Position numbers and translations under genes: made by a program
Notes under the pieces: model-generated
Told to the model about the DNA's origin: nothing
Databases searched by the model: none
The model's input: the letters and a program-made list of their open reading frames with translations, nothing else
Source: an uncultured bacterium
Lineage (GTDB): Bacteria > Verrucomicrobiota > Verrucomicrobiia > Verrucomicrobiales > DEV007
Assembly (NCBI GenBank): GCA_963977015.1
Contig: CAXBMO010000020.1
Location: 32,001 to 96,000, forward strand
DNA length: 64,000 nucleotides
Direction: 5' to 3'
Shown: in pieces, positions 59,301 to 64,000 of the stretch
Position numbering within the stretch: the first letter of the stretch is position 1
Layout: every line of letters starts with the position of its first letter

Positions 59301-59701
59301 GAGCGATCGCCGTTGTTTTTTGCCCAGGGTTCCCGGGGCACGAAATCCGTATCGTCGCCAATCAACGCAAGCCAGTGGTCGCCGGAAACCACGCGATAAG
59401 CGCCAAACTTCAACCCTTCATCGGTGATTCCCAGCTTCTCCGCATGAGCACTCTGCCCCACGTAAATCTGCACGGGAACGTCGGCACTTGGCGCGGTCGC
59501 AATCGGCAATCTCGCGCCGGAAATTTTCTCAACGTAGGTCTGCAGTTCGGCGGCGGCCAAACGTGCGGAACGCTCGGGTTCTTCGGCGATAACAATCTCC
59601 GCTCGAGGCGTTCCGTTCTCGACCAACAACGCGTTCGCACCGAACGCATTCGCGATCACGGAGAAGAGCAGAGCCGTGAAACCAAAAAGGGGCTTATTCA
59701 T
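56384..59701 (-). CDS. DUF4838 protein with CBM9-like sugar-binding domain and TPR-like C-terminus
   Basis: AAAELQTYVEKISGARLPI; LGVRWYLPGE; LCYSN; CQCELC; MDGKLDD...WTVEIRIP (CBM9-like); helical repeats. Confidence 0.85.
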   Translation of the reverse strand: MNKPLFGFTALLFSVIANAFGANALLVENGTPRAEIVIAEEPERSARLAAAELQTYVEKISGARLPIATAPSADVPVQIYVGQSAHAEKLGITDEGLKFGAYRVVSGDHWLALIGDDTDFVPREPWAKNNGDRSSGRLQAEWETIIGEPFGVPNGGMYKNRARLSGEIGKPDGVEAAKNESLEIWGYDERGSFNAVCGFLRSLGVRWYLPGEVGEVVPKMASIALPKIDEVTRPDFEVRRFNVRFGNASEDTMKWMMRLGVRDPYGLMVAHGMHTMTGTEAVRREHPTWFARYGGKLDNQSGKRLNHLCYSNAELFQATVRWARAQFEVYDYDTVSIMPPDAYISICQCELCEGKEIPEMGSRGKLSNHVWDFVNRVAKEVGKTHPDKKIICCAYGANTDPPTNIEKLEPNVQVVIVGGRRPRNNLPDQREAIRQLRAGWEAKTRNSLMIFENYPFTGRGFYLPAFVPKAIGESINATKGVSSGEDIWLSLGRDFDTVDIGFNHVQVYFTARMYWGGKEQDPSAMFNEYCRLFYGPAGSRMNAFFDYCEDHWQDMERDKEKVDTALELFAAAKSLASPDSVYGKRIGLVDTFLEALRSKASQLGKKRGPLPQLRTVREVTDVVMDGKLDDGYWVNCLSTSTGSLRELQTGRLPIYGTTVKTGWDRGNLYFGIRCEERPGEALNIATEKREDQSIWYGDLIEIQLATDSHSYYQIAVNPAGALVDLDRGADKSAWFRWESQAEVATHVADDHWTVEIRIPVTDDENDPLNQVIGRKPSSSLPWHFNICRQRIRENGSEHSAFSPTGTSGYHIPMKFAYLYDGGSYRFEVEPAVTDFVIASRAAAKLVTGRNYEDAISAWVALAEGEKATDFQKSDALHQASACARLLKDYGRADELAGRIPQESVRKTAQMENLLGNREWVAVMEQFGEEDFAQWPFWQKGAGAFARGMAFYRANAGERAEADLRIALEFTSDRRKRMNILQTMGFNREHVLKNDDAALETYRELCGSTYGTGSSEYYSAILGATRILTRRGEFAEALQVLDLVDAGKLSGTWGGSLLLARAETLAAAGKNEEALKVYRAVLETPKLQKNHRIAAEEAIGELLKNY

Positions 59702-59767
59702 GCACCCTTCACCGCCCGTTGACTCCGCGTCTATCGGCCGGAATGTTGGAAACGCAAAACCCGGCGA

Positions 59768-61207
59768 TCAATCCACAAACGGAACCACCATTTCCAACCC
59801 ACTTGGAACCGACTCGGGAATGATGTGATCCAAGTCGCGAGCGCTGGGGCTGGTGAGCGATTTGAGGAAACTGACCAACTGATCGACCTCCGCATCACTC
59901 ACTTGGACCGGAAACTCGACGTGCTTGGTGAACGTGCGCTTCACATCTCGAATCGTATTTTTGTCGTTGTGAACCGCGCCGCGAAACTCCGGCTCCAGTT
60001 GGCTCAGATCGTAATTTTCCAAGTGATAGATGGGGTCGAGTTGCTGGCGGACCGCTTCTTCCAACGTTTTGTAGGCTCCGTTGTGCATGTAGGGGCCCGT
60101 GAGCTCGACATTGCGAAGCGGTGTGGTGCGGAACGCGTATTTTTCATCGAGCCCGGCATTGCTGCGGTGAGCGACCCCAAAATCTGCGTCTTCCTCGGGA
60201 TGAGGGCCGGGACCAATTGGAACCACCGCCATGTTGTGCATTTTCTGATCGGTCATCAGCCGCCCCGTGTGGCATTGCGAGCAGTTGGCTTTGCCGTAAA
60301 ACAAGCGCGCGCCCGCCAGGGCATCGGAAGCAAGCGCATCATCTTCGCCTGCCAAAAAGCGATCCCACGGACTGTCGTGAAAGGTGAAGGCATCAATCTC
60401 AAACGCCGCGATCGCGTTTGCGGCGTGAGCAAAATGAAGCTCGTCGGGCTCGCTGCCCGGATAGGCTTCCTGAAAAAGATCAACGTATTCCGGAATGACC
60501 AGCAACCGCTTCATCAGCGCAGCCCAAATTTCTTCTTCGTTCTGTTGGAGGACTTCGCCGACCTCGTTGTGTACCCCGCCAGCACCGGTTTGCCCTTTGG
60601 TGCCGCGCATTTCGTCATTGGAAAGGACCGGCATCATCGCCTGTGCGGCCAGCACGTTTTCGACGATTTTCGGCAACACCACCTGGTAGTGTCCAGGCGA
60701 TTTGGTGAGACGCATGTTGTTGACGGCAAACCGGTTGTTTTCGTTGAGATGAACGCGGCCATCCCAAAACATGGTGTGCCATTCGGAATCACCGCGATTG
60801 AAGCAATCCGGTGAATTGCGTGGAGTAAAAGGATGGCCGACGCGATTCAAGTTGAAGCCGGTGAGAACGGGCTCGCCGCCAGGGATATCGATCAGATTGA
60901 GCCCTTGCGGTAAGCGGCGGCCTTTCGAAACATAGGCCTGGGTGCCGACCGCGCGGGATCGCCCATCAGACGTTCCGGTGCGCGGATGATGACAGGTCGA
61001 GCAGGAAACGTCCTGATTGCCGCCAATGATCGGATCAAAAAACAGGGCGCGACCGAGCTCGATCTTCGGTTTCGGCGTGTCCGGCTTTGGCTCGGTTGGG
61101 GTCACGCCGATTTCGGCGAGCCATGCGCGAAATTCTGCCGGGGATTCCGCCTGCGCCGCAATACAAATGCTGAAAAACGTGGCGAGATGAAGGATGGGGT
61201 TTTTCAT
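59768..61207 (-). CDS. Di-heme cytochrome c peroxidase / MauG family protein
   Basis: LGRALFFDP; CSTCH; FWDGR; CSQCH; FRTTPLRNVELTGPYMHNG; signal peptide. Confidence 0.93.
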   Translation of the reverse strand: MKNPILHLATFFSICIAAQAESPAEFRAWLAEIGVTPTEPKPDTPKPKIELGRALFFDPIIGGNQDVSCSTCHHPRTGTSDGRSRAVGTQAYVSKGRRLPQGLNLIDIPGGEPVLTGFNLNRVGHPFTPRNSPDCFNRGDSEWHTMFWDGRVHLNENNRFAVNNMRLTKSPGHYQVVLPKIVENVLAAQAMMPVLSNDEMRGTKGQTGAGGVHNEVGEVLQQNEEEIWAALMKRLLVIPEYVDLFQEAYPGSEPDELHFAHAANAIAAFEIDAFTFHDSPWDRFLAGEDDALASDALAGARLFYGKANCSQCHTGRLMTDQKMHNMAVVPIGPGPHPEEDADFGVAHRSNAGLDEKYAFRTTPLRNVELTGPYMHNGAYKTLEEAVRQQLDPIYHLENYDLSQLEPEFRGAVHNDKNTIRDVKRTFTKHVEFPVQVSDAEVDQLVSFLKSLTSPSARDLDHIIPESVPSGLEMVVPFVD

Positions 61208-64000
61208 GGGAGTTGAAGGGTTAACCATTCCTGGCCGGGCTTGGTTTCGGCCGATTTTTGGGAACCGTCGGGACTGCGAACCGAAACCGTGATCGTTCCT
61301 TTTGCCGAATTGGGGATGGCAAAAATCACATCCGAACTCGATTGCGTCAAATAGCTGCCTCCACCTGAAATCTCCCGGACTTGCAGCGGGAATCCGGGTA
61401 TTTCAACGCGAACAAGGGACCCAACGCCATTGGAATTTCCTGGTTTCCCAACCAAGCGAACCCGAAGCGGTCGCGTATCCCGCAAACCGGATGTCTGGTT
61501 CAAAAACAGCATCGGGGTTTCGTCATTCACCCCCGCACAGAAATCGATTCGCCCGTCTTGATTGACATCCACGGCGGCCAAACTCTTCGCGTCGCCCGGA
61601 ACCTCGAGACCGCTTTCCCGAGACCAAACCGGCTCAAACAGCTCGTCGGACTTCCCGGTGCCGCGCAGCAAAACGCTGAGACCACTCGACATGGGCCCGA
61701 CTTCTTCCGGCGGTTCAAAATGATTGTGGACGAGATAGGCGTCGAGGTAACCGTCCAGATCGACATCAGTTAGGGTCACTCCAAACCCGGGCGAAATTTG
61801 AGCCATGTGCGGAAGCGACTGCACTTCGAACTCAGCCTTGCCGTTGTTGATCAGCACGATGCTGTCCATCCGATTCGCGCGAAACTGCTCGGCCTTTTCC
61901 AACTGAACGATGTCATAAATCCCGGTAATCGGAACGCTCGCGTAGTTGTGATACGTCTGCATCTTGTCGGCGATCGATGGCATCGCATCCGTCGCGGCCA
62001 TGAACCCCCGGCGCGGAAAACAAATTTTCTGACCTCCCTCTTCCAGAAACTGCGCTTCGACGATGTGCCGCTTTCCGGTATTGTCAAAATCGCCGTAAAA
62101 GATCAGCTCGGGAGAATCCAGAGACGCCTGATACTGCGTGTTTCGGCCCATGTTTGTCACGACGTAGTCGATATCCCCATCGCCGTCGACGTCACCACCG
62201 GCGATCCCATTCCACCAACCGTGCATCGCGATTCCCGGTCCATCGAGATTCGCGGATTCCGTAGCCTCCTCCAGAGTTCCTTCCTGGTTGAGCAACAGGC
62301 GGATCGGTCCCCATTCGGTCGTCAGCAAGAGGTCCGGCCACCCGTCTCCATTCGCGTCACTCCAAATTGCGCTGGTCACCAAACCGGCGTTCGCGAGCAT
62401 CGGAATCTCCACCTTGGAAAATCGCCCCTTCTCGTTCCGCAACACATGGCTTGTCGGGCTCAACGGATAAAATCCCGGAACCGAGCGGCTTCCGACAAAC
62501 AAATCCAAATCTCCGTCGCGATCGAAATCAGCCGGCGCGACCACGCTTCCACTCCAGCGGAGATCCGGCAACGCTTCGAGTGGCGCAGGCTGAAACGAAC
62601 CGTCGCCCAAGCCCAGATAAAGGCGATCCCGCAACATCTCCGCACCCGGCTTGTATTCGACACTGCCGCTCACGACGTAGAGATCCAGGTGGCCGTCCGA
62701 ATCCGCATCAAAGAAAACCGCTCCCATATCTTCGTGCTCGGCGTCGTTCTCCAACGCTTCGCAGGGAATCGGAGTCAGCTGGATGTCCAGGGAAGAATCC
62801 GCCGTGTCGTTGCGATACAGCCTTCCCGGCTGCCCGGACGCTCCGGCAAGAAACAGATCATCGTCGCCATCGCCATCGAAGTCGCTCCACGCCTGGCCGG
62901 GTCCCAATTGGGAAAGCTTGAAGGGCAGCAATGGCTGAATCTGATAATCGTCGAACTCCCGTTCCTCGTGACGCATGTCCCGGGTCGCATCGGATTCAAT
63001 GAACCATGGATTCCTGGGCTTGCGGGTTTCGACCGGCGGGGCTTTTTCCGCCTTTCCGCTTGGCTCGGTAATCTGGTATCGCTGATTGGCGGCGAGATCC
63101 TTGAACCTCTGGGTTTGCCCGCTTGGCCAGTCGATTTGAAGGCTCGCAATCTCGGTGTTCTCGCCAAGGCCAAAATGAATCACACATTCATCGGCATCCA
63201 AAAATCCGCCGTAGGGAAACAACTGGCGGCTCTGCTTCACACCGTCTGCCGTCTCTGCCGTAACCAGGCAGCCGACTCCCATGCGATTGCTCTGCGTTCC
63301 GCGCAAATCGATCAACACGCGGTTTCCGGAAGTCCCGCGATTCCAGTACACGCTCAAGGGGTCCTCCAGATTCGACGTCAGCAAATCCATGCGGCCATCA
63401 CCATCCAGATCCCCTAACGACGCGCCGTAAGACATGCCCATGTGATCCAGGCCCCACGTTTTGGAGACATCCTCAAATTGGAAGTCGCCAACGTTGCGAT
63501 AGGCCAGATTTTGTTCACGGCGTTCCGGCGTGTTCTTGTAGTGATCCCACTGCGTGCGTCCAATCAGGCGCTGGTGATTCAAGCTCGGCAAATCCGAGTG
63601 ATTGAACTGACGCGGAACGCCGTTGCAGAAGAAAATGTCCGCACGCATGTCATTGTCGAAATCCGCGCTTCGAATCGCCCAGGTCCATTCCGTCGCCGCG
63701 ACGCCCGACATCCAGGCTCCTTCAAGAAACCGGTCCGTGCCCGTATTGATATGGAGCACGTTGTGCATCGTTTGGCGCGCGCCCCCCGCGTTCTCCATGT
63801 TGTCGAGCCGGTCCGCCATATTCGCCATGCTCGCCTTTTTCATGTAATGCGTTTTCGGCAACATGTCGGCGAGGAGAAAGTCGATGTAGCCGTCGTTGTT
63901 GAAGTCGCTCTGGACCGCGCCCATCGAGAACCACGTCGTCACCCGAGTCGTTTCCTCGGCGACTTCGGTGAACGTTCCGTCGGCGTTGTTGCGATAGAGA
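61204..64000 (-). CDS. FG-GAP/VCBS-repeat protein with ASPIC/UnbV domain (CRTAC1-like), 5' end outside the window
   Basis: Many DxDxDGxxD repeats; IHFGLG...IDWPSG ASPIC/UnbV motif; frame open to the window edge; ATGA overlap with the peroxidase gene. Confidence 0.92.
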   Translation of the reverse strand, partial: LYRNNADGTFTEVAEETTRVTTWFSMGAVQSDFNNDGYIDFLLADMLPKTHYMKKASMANMADRLDNMENAGGARQTMHNVLHINTGTDRFLEGAWMSGVAATEWTWAIRSADFDNDMRADIFFCNGVPRQFNHSDLPSLNHQRLIGRTQWDHYKNTPERREQNLAYRNVGDFQFEDVSKTWGLDHMGMSYGASLGDLDGDGRMDLLTSNLEDPLSVYWNRGTSGNRVLIDLRGTQSNRMGVGCLVTAETADGVKQSRQLFPYGGFLDADECVIHFGLGENTEIASLQIDWPSGQTQRFKDLAANQRYQITEPSGKAEKAPPVETRKPRNPWFIESDATRDMRHEEREFDDYQIQPLLPFKLSQLGPGQAWSDFDGDGDDDLFLAGASGQPGRLYRNDTADSSLDIQLTPIPCEALENDAEHEDMGAVFFDADSDGHLDLYVVSGSVEYKPGAEMLRDRLYLGLGDGSFQPAPLEALPDLRWSGSVVAPADFDRDGDLDLFVGSRSVPGFYPLSPTSHVLRNEKGRFSKVEIPMLANAGLVTSAIWSDANGDGWPDLLLTTEWGPIRLLLNQEGTLEEATESANLDGPGIAMHGWWNGIAGGDVDGDGDIDYVVTNMGRNTQYQASLDSPELIFYGDFDNTGKRHIVEAQFLEEGGQKICFPRRGFMAATDAMPSIADKMQTYHNYASVPITGIYDIVQLEKAEQFRANRMDSIVLINNGKAEFEVQSLPHMAQISPGFGVTLTDVDLDGYLDAYLVHNHFEPPEEVGPMSSGLSVLLRGTGKSDELFEPVWSRESGLEVPGDAKSLAAVDVNQDGRIDFCAGVNDETPMLFLNQTSGLRDTRPLRVRLVGKPGNSNGVGSLVRVEIPGFPLQVREISGGGSYLTQSSSDVIFAIPNSAKGTITVSVRSPDGSQKSAETKPGQEWLTLQLP

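Overview
A GC-rich bacterial chromosomal segment, most likely from Verrucomicrobiota (PVC superphylum). This is inferred from its sulfatases, DUF1552/DUF1592 proteins, PVC-type CxxCH dehydrogenase, DUF4838 protein and RsmA-NUDIX fusion. It holds about 40 CDSs, one tRNA-Pro(TGG), housekeeping genes (purB, thiL, der, bcp, rsmA, gnd) and an RND efflux operon whose TolC carries an extra N-terminal domain. A MazF/PemK toxin-antitoxin module has a doubly frameshifted toxin. I found no CRISPR array, integrase, transposase or prophage. The best candidates for undescribed biology are: (1) a ~180-nt multi-branched structured RNA with repeated motifs directly upstream of a secreted serine protease gene; (2) an 11-kb operon of an ECF sigma factor, an anti-sigma/vWA fusion and two giant paralogous beta-repeat envelope proteins; (3) a membrane protein joining a degenerate Mrr-like nuclease domain to a duplicated exported domain; (4) an amidase fused to a divergent lysozyme/SLT-like domain. 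Several genes also look leaderless. All calls come from reading motifs by eye; no searches or folding programs were run.
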